A DNA stretch of 64,000 nt from Candidatus Lustribacter sp. GTDB lineage: Bacteria; Vulcanimicrobiota; Vulcanimicrobiia; Vulcanimicrobiales; Vulcanimicrobiaceae. The notes below the pieces were generated by a model. The model saw only the letters and a list, made by a program, of their open reading frames with translations, did no database searches and was not told the DNA's origin. The stretch covers positions 4,896,001 through 4,960,000 of the forward strand of contig OZ255842.1 in NCBI GenBank assembly GCA_965277805.1, in the 5' to 3' direction. Position 1 is the first letter of the stretch. Each line of letters begins with the position of its first letter. The translations under genes were made by a program, and so were the position numbers. Below are positions 10,781-19,916 of the stretch, piece after piece.

Positions 10781-10813
10781 AGAGGGCGGCTTGCGAGCCG
10801 CCCTTTCTTTTTT
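10781..10813 (+). terminator. Intrinsic terminator after the lipoprotein operon
   Basis: AGGGCGGCT-tgcg-AGCCGCCCT stem followed by a T-rich tract. Confidence 0.85.
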
Positions 10814-10837
10814 GTTCGCGTTGCGCAGAAGAGTCGC

Positions 10838-11500
10838 GTGAATATTTCGCCTTCGCTTGCGGCGGTTGGCGGTGCTGCGATCGTCGCCGTCATCGTTGCG
10901 TTCGTGCTGAGGCCGGCGCAGCTCGTACCGCATCCGGCGCCGGAACGTACGGCCGCCCCCGAACGCGTTCGTCAACCGCTCGTTGAACGCGCTCAAACGC
11001 TCGTGTACGTTGCGGGCGCGGTCGTGCATCCGGGCGTGTATGCGGTTTCGGGAGACGCGCGTGCGCGCGATGCGTTGGCAAAGGCCGGCGGCGCGACGCA
11101 CGATGCGAATCTCGTCGCCGTCAATCTTGCCGCACACGTCGCGGACGGCGATGAGATCGCGGTGCCGCGTTATGGCGACGAAACGGCCGCTCCGGGCGCG
11201 GGCCCGGGTGTCCACCGCACGTCGTCGTCAACAGCGCGGCGCACGCGCCGTCGTCCCCGCCGTAGGCCGAGCACTGCGGCGCGCGCCGTCGCCGCCGATG
11301 CGCCGGCGATCGACCTCAATACCGCCGATGAGGCGACGCTCGCGGAACTGCCCGGCATCGGCCCGACGCTGGCCGAACGGATCGTCGAATTCCGTACGCT
11401 CAACGGCCCGTTTGCTTCGGTCGACGGCCTAGCTGATGTCGCCGGCATCACGCCGCAGCGACTCGATACCCTCAGTTCGCTGTTGACGGCCGGGCGTTGA
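10838..11500 (+). CDS. comEA: ComEA family competence DNA-binding protein (SLBB + HhH)
   Basis: N-terminal TM, VYVAGAVVHPGVY, VNLAA..DG, IDLNTA, LPGIGP, NGPFASVD; GTG start. Confidence 0.9.
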   Translation: MNISPSLAAVGGAAIVAVIVAFVLRPAQLVPHPAPERTAAPERVRQPLVERAQTLVYVAGAVVHPGVYAVSGDARARDALAKAGGATHDANLVAVNLAAHVADGDEIAVPRYGDETAAPGAGPGVHRTSSSTARRTRRRPRRRPSTAARAVAADAPAIDLNTADEATLAELPGIGPTLAERIVEFRTLNGPFASVDGLADVAGITPQRLDTLSSLLTAGR

Positions 11501-11581
11501 TTTGTGTTGATTTGTAACGGTATGTAAAGAAGAAAAGGCGCCCGCCTGCTTGCTGACGTAACGCGTTTGTCCTGGGGGAGC

Positions 11582-14500
11582 ATGGAAGAGACTCGGACCT
11601 TGGACGCGCCCGATCAGCGCGACCGCCACGTCATTCGCCGCACTGCAGAACTCCTCGCGTCAGACGTCCCCTTACGCGATGTCTTTTCTCAATTCTGCCG
11701 CCTCCTCTCATCCGTCATCGATGCCTCGCGCGTGTTCATCGCGCTGCACGAGGCATCGTCGCTGCGCATCGTCTACATGGTCACGGACGGCAAGGTCGGC
11801 ATTCCCAAAGACGCGATCATTCACAGTGGTTCACAGAGCGCGCTCGTTGCCGCCGGCGGCCAGTCGATCATCAAGAGCGTTCCGTCCGACTGGGAGACCG
11901 CGCGCACGGCCAAGGCGACGGACGGAATGCCCGACGGCAGCGACGCGATCTCGGCGATCTACGTCCCGCTGAAATTCGGCCCCGATATCATCGGCGTGCT
12001 CTCCGTGCAGAGTCCGGCGGCCAACGCCTACGACACGGCCGACGTGGAGCTGCTGGAAACATGCGCGCTCTATCTCGCCGTGCGCGTTCACGACGCGCGC
12101 CAAGAGAGCGTCAACCGCGCGCTGCAGGGACTCGTCTCGAGCGACGGTCTGACCGGCGTAGCCAATCGCCGGACGTTCGACGAGCGGATCGTCAGCGAGT
12201 GGAAGCGCTGCGTCAAAGCAAAGACCGAACTTGCGATCGTGTTCGTCGACGTCGACTACTTCAAAGCGTTCAACGATAGCTACGGGCACATCGCGGGAGA
12301 TGCGTGTTTGCAGCAAGTTGCGCAGGCCCTAGGGGCGTGTGTGAAACGCACGAACGACGTGCTGGCGCGTTACGGCGGCGAAGAGTTCGCCGCGATTCTC
12401 CCCTCGACGAACTTGCAAGACTCGATCGTCGTTGCGGAGCGCATGCGTTCGGCCGTCGAAGCGATGCACATCGATCACGACGGATCGACGCTCGGCCGCG
12501 TGTCGATCAGTGTCGGCGTCGCATCGGTCCCCGCGCAAGCCGACATCGATCCGATGCACGTCGTCAAGCTCGCCGACGAAGCCGCGTACATGGCGAAAGA
12601 GAGCGGGCGCAATCGAGTCGTCGCGCCGCCGGATTATGAATCGAAGGCATTGCCGGCGCTGCGACGTCAAGCTGCGCGTCACAATCTTCCGCTGCAGCTC
12701 ACCCGTTTTCTCGGCCGCGAACGCGAGCTCTCCGAAGTGCGGCGCCTGCTCGGCGAAATTCGCCTCGTCACGCTCACCGGCTCGGGCGGCATCGGAAAGA
12801 CGCGCCTGGCGCTCGAAGCGGCGCACGGCCGCATCGGCACGTTCGGCGACGGCGTGTGGGTGGTCGACCTCGCGCGGCTTGAGGATCCCGCGCTCGTTCC
12901 GGCCGCGCTGGCCGCGGCGATGGAACTCGACGCGACCGAACAAACGCCGTCGATGGATCTCGTGGTTACGGCGCTGCGTTCCAAACACGCGCTGCTGATC
13001 TTCGATAACTGCGAGCATCTCAGTGAAGCCTGCGGTCGGCTGGTCGAAGCGTTGCTGCTCGAAGCGCCCGGCATTCACGTGCTCGCGACGAGCCGCGAAC
13101 CGTTGGGGATCATCGGCGAACGCATTTATCGCGTCGCGTCGCTCGCGCTTCCGCCCGAAGAAAAGCCGGTCTCGGCCGAAGATGCGCTGGCCTTCGACGG
13201 CGTGCAGTTCTTCGTCACGCGCGCGGAGGAAGCCGCGTCGTTCGTGCTCGAGGATCACAACGCCAACACGGTCGTGCACATCGCGCGGCGCCTCGACGGC
13301 ATTCCGCTCGCGATCGAACTCGCCACCGCGCGCTTGCGGGCGATGACGGTGCAGCAGCTGGCCGAACGGCTCGATGATAGTTTCCGCGTGCTCTCGGGCG
13401 GCAGCCGCACGGCGCTTCCCCGCCAGCAAACGCTGCGCGCCCTGATCGATTGGAGCTACCAGCTCCTCGACGAGCCCGAGCGGACGTTGTTCGCGCGCCT
13501 CTCCGTCTTCGCCGGAACGTGGACGCTCGAGGCGGCAACCGCCGTATGTTCCAGCGGGGAGCTGCCGCCGCCGTCGATCGACGAGCACGTTTCGCAACTC
13601 GTCGAAAAGTCGCTCGTGCTGATGGAGACGCACGGCGCGCACAACCGTTACCGCTTCCTCCAGTCGACGCGCGAGTACGCGCGCGAGCGGCTCTCACTCA
13701 ACGGCGATGCGACCGAGATCCAGCGGCGGTGCGTGGAGTACTATCGCGAACTCGCCGAGCGCATCGGCTCGGCGCCCGAAACGAAGCCGACGCGCTCCTG
13801 GCTACCGCCCGCACTGCCCGAGTGGGACAACTTCCGCATGGTGCTCACCTGGTCGCTGCTCGACGGCGGCGATCAAGTGGCGGGCGCCGCCATCGTCGCC
13901 GGTCTCGTGCCGTATTGGGAAGCCGTCAGCAAAGGATCCGATGCGCTGTACTGGCTCGGCGTCGCAATGAACGCGCCGGGATTGCCCGATGACCTGGCGG
14001 CGAAACTCGCGATCGGAACGGCGTTCTTCCTGCGCCTCACCGGCGATAATCCTGTGCGCGTCACGGCGCTCAGCCGTAAGGCGCTGAACATCGCGCTCGC
14101 CAACGGCGACAAACGCCTGCGCGCGAACGCGCTCGTCAGCTTGGGTGGCGCGTCGCTGATGGACGTGCGCGCCGAAGCCGCATCGCCGCTGTTCATCGAA
14201 GCTCTGACGATCGCACACGCCTGCGAGGATCGTTTGTGCGAGTCGGACGCGCTGAACAACCTTGCAATCTGCGCCGACTACGCGGGGGAACCGAGTCGCG
14301 CGCACGCGCAGTACGAGGCGTCGCTCGCGATCGCGCGCGGACTCGGCCACGACCGCAAGACCGCCCGCGCACTGCACAACCTCGCCGCGCTGGCGCAGGA
14401 CGCCAACGACCTCGACACCGCCGCGCGTTACGAGCGCGAAGCGATCGCGATCCTCGAGCGTTACGGCACGCCGCGGCAATTCCTGATCGACCTCGCCGAC

Positions 14501-14848
14501 CTCGAACTCATTCGCGGCAACCTCGAAACGGCCGATCGTATCTGCCGCGACATCATCTCGGGACTCGTGCTCGAAAACGCGATGTGGCTCGTGCGCGAAT
14601 GCCTGTTCGTGTTCGCGCAAGTCCACGCGCGCGCCGGTCATGACGCGCGCGCGGCATGTTTGCTCGGCTTCATGGAGACGCTCGATTCGCGCCTTGCGCC
14701 GCGTCAGCCGGCGATCGGCGAGCTGTACGCGAAGTTCGTGGCGGACGTCATGGGCCGGCTTTCACCGCAAGACTACATGCGCGCGTATAGCCACGGTATC
14801 GCCCTCTCGCTCGATGCGGCCGTAAACGAAGCGCGCCTCCCGATCTAG
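11582..14848 (+). CDS. GAF-GGDEF-STAND ATPase-wHTH-TPR multidomain diguanylate cyclase
   Basis: GAF (IGVLSVQS); DGLTGVANRR, DVDYFK, RTND..GGEEF; Walker A GSGGIGKT, Walker B LIFDNCEH, LDGIPLAIELA; C-terminal TPRs (ALNNLA, ALHNLA). Confidence 0.9.
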   Translation: MEETRTLDAPDQRDRHVIRRTAELLASDVPLRDVFSQFCRLLSSVIDASRVFIALHEASSLRIVYMVTDGKVGIPKDAIIHSGSQSALVAAGGQSIIKSVPSDWETARTAKATDGMPDGSDAISAIYVPLKFGPDIIGVLSVQSPAANAYDTADVELLETCALYLAVRVHDARQESVNRALQGLVSSDGLTGVANRRTFDERIVSEWKRCVKAKTELAIVFVDVDYFKAFNDSYGHIAGDACLQQVAQALGACVKRTNDVLARYGGEEFAAILPSTNLQDSIVVAERMRSAVEAMHIDHDGSTLGRVSISVGVASVPAQADIDPMHVVKLADEAAYMAKESGRNRVVAPPDYESKALPALRRQAARHNLPLQLTRFLGRERELSEVRRLLGEIRLVTLTGSGGIGKTRLALEAAHGRIGTFGDGVWVVDLARLEDPALVPAALAAAMELDATEQTPSMDLVVTALRSKHALLIFDNCEHLSEACGRLVEALLLEAPGIHVLATSREPLGIIGERIYRVASLALPPEEKPVSAEDALAFDGVQFFVTRAEEAASFVLEDHNANTVVHIARRLDGIPLAIELATARLRAMTVQQLAERLDDSFRVLSGGSRTALPRQQTLRALIDWSYQLLDEPERTLFARLSVFAGTWTLEAATAVCSSGELPPPSIDEHVSQLVEKSLVLMETHGAHNRYRFLQSTREYARERLSLNGDATEIQRRCVEYYRELAERIGSAPETKPTRSWLPPALPEWDNFRMVLTWSLLDGGDQVAGAAIVAGLVPYWEAVSKGSDALYWLGVAMNAPGLPDDLAAKLAIGTAFFLRLTGDNPVRVTALSRKALNIALANGDKRLRANALVSLGGASLMDVRAEAASPLFIEALTIAHACEDRLCESDALNNLAICADYAGEPSRAHAQYEASLAIARGLGHDRKTARALHNLAALAQDANDLDTAARYEREAIAILERYGTPRQFLIDLADLELIRGNLETADRICRDIISGLVLENAMWLVRECLFVFAQVHARAGHDARAACLLGFMETLDSRLAPRQPAIGELYAKFVADVMGRLSPQDYMRAYSHGIALSLDAAVNEARLPI

Positions 14849-14862
14849 GCGGCTCGGCGAAT

Positions 14863-15882
14863 TCACCAGCCGCCGCCGCCGTCACCACCGCCGCCGCCGA
14901 AGTCGCCTCCGCCGCCGCCGGTGTCACCCCAGCCGCCACCGCCGCCCGAATCGCCGCCCCAGCCGCCGGAGCTCGCGTTGCCCATGTCGGCTTGACCGGC
15001 GTCGCTCTGGAAGCCGCTCGCATCGCCGCCGCCGTACTGGCCGCCGTCGCCGCCGAAGCCGGCTTGCTGGCCGGGATTGATGATCTCGGTGCGGTTGCCG
15101 CCGAAGAGTTCGTTGCCGAGGAACGCGCCGCCGAGGCCGCCGAGCATACCGCTCCAGAAGCCGCCGCCGCCGCCGAAACCGCCGCCGCCGTAGCCGGGGC
15201 CGTAGCCCCCATAGCCGCCGCCCATCGGACCACCCATCGGGCCGCCGCCGTAACCCGGCGGATACATGCGCGGTCCCGCGATCGCGCGGAAGATGCCGCG
15301 CACCACGAAAAAGATCACGGCGAACGCGATCAGCCACATAATCCAACTCATGTTAAAGCCCCCTCCGGTTTGTGCCCGGTACGCCGGCGCCGGTTCGCTG
15401 TTGTACGTATGGACGGTACTGCGCAAGCTGCCGAGATGACTGCGGTATTGCGCTAACGTCAGGTCGACACCGTTGGTGACGCCGGCGTTGAAATCGCCGG
15501 AATTGAACGCGCTCGCGATCGCCTGCCGGATCGCCGACGTCGTGCCGGCGGGAAAGTAATGCGCCGCCGCACGGTCGGGCACGACCGCGATCGTCTTCGG
15601 CGACTTCGCGATGTAGATCAGCACGCCGTTGACCTGCTGCTGCGCGAACGTGCGCTCTTCGGCCGCCGCGGCGGTACCGGTGAACGACGGATCGACCACG
15701 ACGACGACTTCTTTGTGCGTTTGCGCGTTGAAATCGGCGACCTTCGTGTTGATCGCGCTGACGGTGGCCGGCGAGAGCAATTGCGCGTTGTCGATCACGT
15801 ACGAATCGCGCGCCTGTGCCGGCCCCAGGCCCGCCACGACGGCAACGACGAGAGCGGCGCTGGCCGCGAGCAGTTTCATCAA
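14863..15882 (-). CDS. TPM domain protein with TM helix and Gly-rich tail
   Basis: Signal peptide, VIDNAQLLS, NGVLIYI, F..GDF..GV, TM helix, long GGG tail. Confidence 0.8.
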   Translation of the reverse strand: MMKLLAASAALVVAVVAGLGPAQARDSYVIDNAQLLSPATVSAINTKVADFNAQTHKEVVVVVDPSFTGTAAAAEERTFAQQQVNGVLIYIAKSPKTIAVVPDRAAAHYFPAGTTSAIRQAIASAFNSGDFNAGVTNGVDLTLAQYRSHLGSLRSTVHTYNSEPAPAYRAQTGGGFNMSWIMWLIAFAVIFFVVRGIFRAIAGPRMYPPGYGGGPMGGPMGGGYGGYGPGYGGGGFGGGGGFWSGMLGGLGGAFLGNELFGGNRTEIINPGQQAGFGGDGGQYGGGDASGFQSDAGQADMGNASSGGWGGDSGGGGGWGDTGGGGGDFGGGGGDGGGGW

Positions 15883-15931
15883 GATGTCCTCCGCACTAAG
15901 TACTCCCGCCGGGCGGGGAAGTTTCCGTCTG

Positions 15932-16069
15932 TTATTGGCCGGCGCTGAAGTTGACGAGCGCTACGCCGACGCTGGTGAGGATAAAGACCGCGAGCACGAC
16001 CCAGACGAATGCTCGCAGCAGGTTCTTGCGCAGGCGCGCGTTCTTGTGCTGGCGCTGGTGCTGGTTCAT
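15932..16069 (-). CDS. Small single-pass membrane protein (45 aa; not in ORF track)
   Basis: MNQHQRQHKNARLRKNLLRAFVWVVLAVFILTSVGVALVNFSAGQ; ATGA overlap with the rsfS stop. Confidence 0.65.
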   Translation of the reverse strand: MNQHQRQHKNARLRKNLLRAFVWVVLAVFILTSVGVALVNFSAGQ

Positions 16070-16407
16070 GATTCGGCAGCGCGAACTTCGCTGACCCGGC
16101 CCCAGAGCCGCTCGAGGTTATAGAAGGCGCGCTGCTCGGGCGTGAACACGTGCGCCACGATCGGGCCGAGGTCGATCAGGATCCAGCCGCCGTCGTGATA
16201 GCCCTCGGTACGCGCAACGTTGAACCCGTTCTCGCGCGCGGCTTCGGTGATCGCATCGGCGATGGAGCGCGTCTGAATTTTCGAGCGTCCGGTAACGACT
16301 ACGAACGCGTCGGCGACGATGGTCCGGCCCTCGAGATCGAGGACGGCGATGTCTTCGCCCTTCTTGTCTTCGGCTGCGGCACGGACGATATCGACGAGTT
16401 CAGGCAG
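16066..16407 (-). CDS. rsfS: Ribosome silencing factor (CTG start; not in ORF track)
   Basis: Translation ..DKKGEDIAVLDLEGRTIVADAFVVVTGRS..WILIDLGPIVAHVFTPEQRAFYNLERLW; canonical position after yqeK. Confidence 0.93.
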   Translation of the reverse strand: MPELVDIVRAAAEDKKGEDIAVLDLEGRTIVADAFVVVTGRSKIQTRSIADAITEAARENGFNVARTEGYHDGGWILIDLGPIVAHVFTPEQRAFYNLERLWGRVSEVRAAES

Positions 16408-17002
16408 AGCGTTTCTCCCGGAAATGAATGGGTGCGTAATGTTCGAGGGCGGCCAGCGTTTGCGGCGCCGGCGTTAGATTGCGTTCGCGGTGGTAGTTGA
16501 GCGATTCGTTGAGGTGGGCAGCCATGGCTGCGGGCAGGTCGTCGAACGCCAGCGCCAGCATTTCGGCCCGTCCCGCGTACTCCCGGCCGGGTTCGAGCCC
16601 ATCGGCAAGATAGAGAATCTCATCGAGCGGGCTCATCGTTGCAGCGGCCAAGGTGTGCTTGCGGATGGCGGAGAGAATGGCCTCGTCCTCCACCCCGAAC
16701 CAGTCGCGGGCAAGCTCGGCTCCGAGCGGCGCGTGCAGCACGATCGGGTTTGTGCGCTCGAACTCACCGATCGGCATGCCGCGCTCTTCGCATTCCCGCA
16801 ACAAGCGCTCGCCGGGGTAGAGCCGGGCTAGATCGTGCAACAGACCGGCGATCCGGGCGCCCTGCGGATCGGCACCGTGTTTACGCGCCAGCGCTCCGGC
16901 CGTGCGCGCGACGCGCAAGATGTGCGCGTAACGATGCCGTTGCGCGATGTGTTCGCGCACGCGCCGCGCCGCTGCCACGAATTCGACACCCGATGCGATC
17001 AA
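16400..17002 (-). CDS. yqeK: HD-domain symmetrical Ap4A hydrolase
   Basis: RYAHILRV, AGLLHDLA, LHAPLGA, AIRKHT, YLAD.LEPGR. Confidence 0.88.
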   Translation of the reverse strand: MIASGVEFVAAARRVREHIAQRHRYAHILRVARTAGALARKHGADPQGARIAGLLHDLARLYPGERLLRECEERGMPIGEFERTNPIVLHAPLGAELARDWFGVEDEAILSAIRKHTLAAATMSPLDEILYLADGLEPGREYAGRAEMLALAFDDLPAAMAAHLNESLNYHRERNLTPAPQTLAALEHYAPIHFREKRSA

Positions 17003-17721
17003 TGCCTCACCTGTAAGAACACCGCGCCCGAAACGGGCCGGCTGTCCATCCTGGCCGCGCGAAACTTCGCGTCGCCGAGACGCGCCTGCGTCGATGCATC
17101 GAATGCGGTGTCGTGGCTCGCCACCACGATGGTCACCTTGCGCGTGATCCCGCCGGCGTCGACGTCGATCCGGAAGATCGTCGTTTGCGGTCCCGTGCTC
17201 CCCGCTTTGATCCAGTCGTCGAGCGGCACCGGCGGTTCGTAAACGATCGGTGCGTCGCCGAGTGCCGCGGCTAACAGGCCGGATTGCACGAGCGATGCGC
17301 GCTCGCCGATGAAGGCCGTGCTTAGAACGTGATCGGTCTTGGATGCAGCGAGCACGATGTCGTCGTGAGGCGTGCTGCGAAAAGCGGCGCCGTAGTCGAC
17401 CGTCACGTCGGCATCGCCGGCCAGCGCGCTCTGCACGTCGGCCAATGTCGTGCGGCCGAGGGTGATCGCCCGCCCGCCGCTTTGGAACGGCAGCGTCAAG
17501 CTCCAGTCCGCGGGCTCCGATTCGTTGGGCGGCAACATGAAAAATCGCAAGACGCGAGTGCGCATTTGATCGGCGTCGAAAAACACCGCAGTGCCGCGCG
17601 GCCCGTCGAAGTAAAAAAGTGCGTTTTCCGTTTGGATCGCGCCCACTCCGAGCGGTGCTCCGCAGCGTTCCACGATCGCGGCAATCGGCTTGCCGAGATC
17701 CGCGGGCGTAACGCAGCTCAT
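16999..17721 (-). CDS. Hypothetical protein with C-terminal TonB_C-like domain
   Basis: C-terminal IDVDAGG..SH..FD..KFRAAR..PV pattern; ATGA overlap with rimI. Confidence 0.55.
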   Translation of the reverse strand: MSCVTPADLGKPIAAIVERCGAPLGVGAIQTENALFYFDGPRGTAVFFDADQMRTRVLRFFMLPPNESEPADWSLTLPFQSGGRAITLGRTTLADVQSALAGDADVTVDYGAAFRSTPHDDIVLAASKTDHVLSTAFIGERASLVQSGLLAAALGDAPIVYEPPVPLDDWIKAGSTGPQTTIFRIDVDAGGITRKVTIVVASHDTAFDASTQARLGDAKFRAARMDSRPVSGAVFLQVRH

Positions 17722-18251
17722 CGCAATGCGGCCTTCAGTGCCGCAAGGCGGTTGGCGTAGAGCGTGCCGCGCAGGTTGCCGGCCCACATCACGAGCGCGC
17801 TCTCGTTGTTATCGCTGTAGTAGCCGCGGCGCGTCGACACGACGGTGAAACCGTATTTGCGGTAGAGCTTCTGCGCGACGTCGTTGCTCTCGCGCACTTC
17901 GAGCGTGATCCACGATGCGGCACGTTCGATCGCTTCATCGAGCAAGTGCACGAGCAACTCTTCACCCAGTCGCTGGCCGCGCACATCGGGATGCACGGCG
18001 ATCGTCGTGACGTGCGAATCTTCGAGGATCACCCAGATGCCGCCGTATGCCACGATCCGGCCGTCGAGCCGGCCGACGAAATAATAGGCGAGTTTGTTGT
18101 CGCGCAGTTCGTTGAGGAAGGCATTCGCCGGCCACGTCGATTGAAACGACAGCGCTTCGATGGCCAGCACGGCGGGGATGTCGTCCAGCACCATCGGCGA
18201 GATCTCGAGTTTCCGCGGCGATTCCGATGTAGCGCGAAGATCCGCTTTCAC
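17718..18251 (-). CDS. rimI: Ribosomal protein S18 alanine N-acetyltransferase
   Basis: HVTTIAVHP..RGQRLG, TLEVRESN..AQKLY.KYGF..RRGYY. Confidence 0.92.
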   Translation of the reverse strand: MKADLRATSESPRKLEISPMVLDDIPAVLAIEALSFQSTWPANAFLNELRDNKLAYYFVGRLDGRIVAYGGIWVILEDSHVTTIAVHPDVRGQRLGEELLVHLLDEAIERAASWITLEVRESNDVAQKLYRKYGFTVVSTRRGYYSDNNESALVMWAGNLRGTLYANRLAALKAALR

Positions 18252-18898
18252 GCAAGCTCTCGTTGGACGACCGCGGGCAGCTCGCCGTAGTCGGGGGCGA
18301 CGGCGTGCACGGACGAACCGGGGACGGCGATGAGGCCCAAGCGCGCGACGGCCCGGGCCGGGCTTTCAGCACGTTGGGGGAGCGTTCGCACGACGATGCC
18401 GCGTTCCGCAATCGCGAAAGACACGTCCTGTATATTCCCCGCCAACGCGAGTTCGCCGCTTCCGAAATCGTCGAGCAGCGTGGCCAGTACGTTGGCTATC
18501 GGGCCCGCAGCGGCGCGCACCTCGCCGCCCCGGCGCAAGCGGGCCGAGATGACCCCCGGCCGGCCATACACGGCGGTCAGGACCGGGTCGGACGCGTCCT
18601 CGGGTGTGAGCACATCGTAGGACGAGATCCCGGCCAGCGGCAGCCGCGCCGCCAGCGCCAGCGCTTTGGCGTATGAGACGGCGATTCGCACCCCGGTAAA
18701 GGAGCCCGGCCCGATCCCGACGGCCACCCGATCCAGCTCGGCGAGGGTCAGGCCGCGCGCGGCCAGCACCCCGGCGATGCGGCCGAGCCCCGCTTCGAGG
18801 GCATCGGGCCGGCTGGAGGCGTCCTCGCTGACGGCGTCGCCGTCGATGACCGCCGCCGAAAAGCCGCCCAGCGCACCGTCGATCCCCAAAATTCGCAC
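18248..18898 (-). CDS. tsaB: tRNA threonylcarbamoyladenosine biosynthesis protein TsaB
   Basis: RILGID N-terminus, GPGSFTGVRI; GTG start overlapping the tsaE TAG. Confidence 0.92.
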   Translation of the reverse strand: MRILGIDGALGGFSAAVIDGDAVSEDASSRPDALEAGLGRIAGVLAARGLTLAELDRVAVGIGPGSFTGVRIAVSYAKALALAARLPLAGISSYDVLTPEDASDPVLTAVYGRPGVISARLRRGGEVRAAAGPIANVLATLLDDFGSGELALAGNIQDVSFAIAERGIVVRTLPQRAESPARAVARLGLIAVPGSSVHAVAPDYGELPAVVQRELA

Positions 18899-19320
18899 TA
18901 GCGGTCGATCACGAGGCGTCGCGGGGCGTCGCCGGCGCCGTCGATGCGGATGCGGATCGCACCGGGCGGCAGCAGGTCCGGAAGCCGCTCCGGCCACTCG
19001 ACGATCGTGATCCGGTCGGGCCCGAAGGCCTCCTCGAGACCCAGTTCTAGCGCGTCGGCCGGATCGTCGAGACGGAAGAGGTCGAGATGCTCGATCGGGG
19101 GCGTTCCATCGTAGCGCTGACGGAAGACGAAAGTTGGGCTCGAGACGGGTACATCGCTGCCATGGAGCGCGCAAACGAGAGCCCGGACAAAGGTCGTCTT
19201 GCCCGCCCCGAGTTCGCCCGACAGCCCGAGCGCATCGCCCGCGTGCAAGGTCAAGGCGAGCCTGACGGCAGCGGCGCCGAGGGCATTTTGGTCGAGAAAA
19301 TCGAGGACGTCCGAGGCCAC
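18898..19320 (-). CDS. tsaE: tRNA threonylcarbamoyladenosine biosynthesis ATPase TsaE
   Basis: GELGAGKT, SSPTF, HLDLFRL, IVEWP. Confidence 0.95.
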   Translation of the reverse strand: MASDVLDFLDQNALGAAAVRLALTLHAGDALGLSGELGAGKTTFVRALVCALHGSDVPVSSPTFVFRQRYDGTPPIEHLDLFRLDDPADALELGLEEAFGPDRITIVEWPERLPDLLPPGAIRIRIDGAGDAPRRLVIDR

Positions 19321-19347
19321 GCTTTGCCATTCGACGAAAGAATCAAG

Positions 19348-19581
19348 GTGCTTGTGCGCGCTTCAGACGTCATCGTTGGCGTCATCGCGGGCGCCGTCTG
19401 CGCCGTCCTTTCGGCAGCATTTGAAGGCGGCATCCTGGCCTTCCGGTTCTTCTCGATCGATCATCTTGGCGGCCACTTCGGCGGCGAATTTGCGGTCTTT
19501 GCATTGGCGGGCGCCGCCATCGGCGGACTCGTTGCGCTGGGTGCCGGAACGTTGTTCCGCCGCGAGCATGTGACGCCGTGA
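19348..19581 (+). CDS. Small two-TM membrane protein
   Basis: Two hydrophobic segments; GTGA overlap with the next ORF; start uncertain. Confidence 0.5.
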   Translation: MLVRASDVIVGVIAGAVCAVLSAAFEGGILAFRFFSIDHLGGHFGGEFAVFALAGAAIGGLVALGAGTLFRREHVTP

Positions 19582-19877
19582 ACGATCATCAAAACGCGCT
19601 CCAGCAGCAGCTCGACGCTGCGCTCGCGGCCGTCGGCCAAGCTGCCGACGAATCGCGCGCCGTCATCGACGGCGACATCCAAGCGCTGCACGAACTCGGT
19701 TCGAGCAACGGCCGTCCGCCGCTGATCGCCGACGTTCCGTTCGACGAGCCGCCGCCGTACATTCCGCCGCCGGTCGCACCGTCCGTGCACGCTCTGATTC
19801 CGGATACGCCGCTGGTGGAATCGCCGGGAATCGCAGCGGCATTTGTGGATGACGACGCGCCGCTCTGGCAGAGCTGA
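19578..19877 (+). CDS. Hypothetical acidic, Pro-rich protein
   Basis: Host-like codon usage; fills the gap upstream of gyrA. Confidence 0.55.
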   Translation: MNDHQNALQQQLDAALAAVGQAADESRAVIDGDIQALHELGSSNGRPPLIADVPFDEPPPYIPPPVAPSVHALIPDTPLVESPGIAAAFVDDDAPLWQS

Positions 19878-19916
19878 GTTCTTTTTTTATTTGTCCCTTA
19901 ACCGAGAGAGCATCGT

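Noticed and set aside
14863..15260. GCC/CCG-rich repetitive tract
   Set aside because: Encodes the Gly-rich tail of the TPM protein; not a CRISPR or DNA repeat
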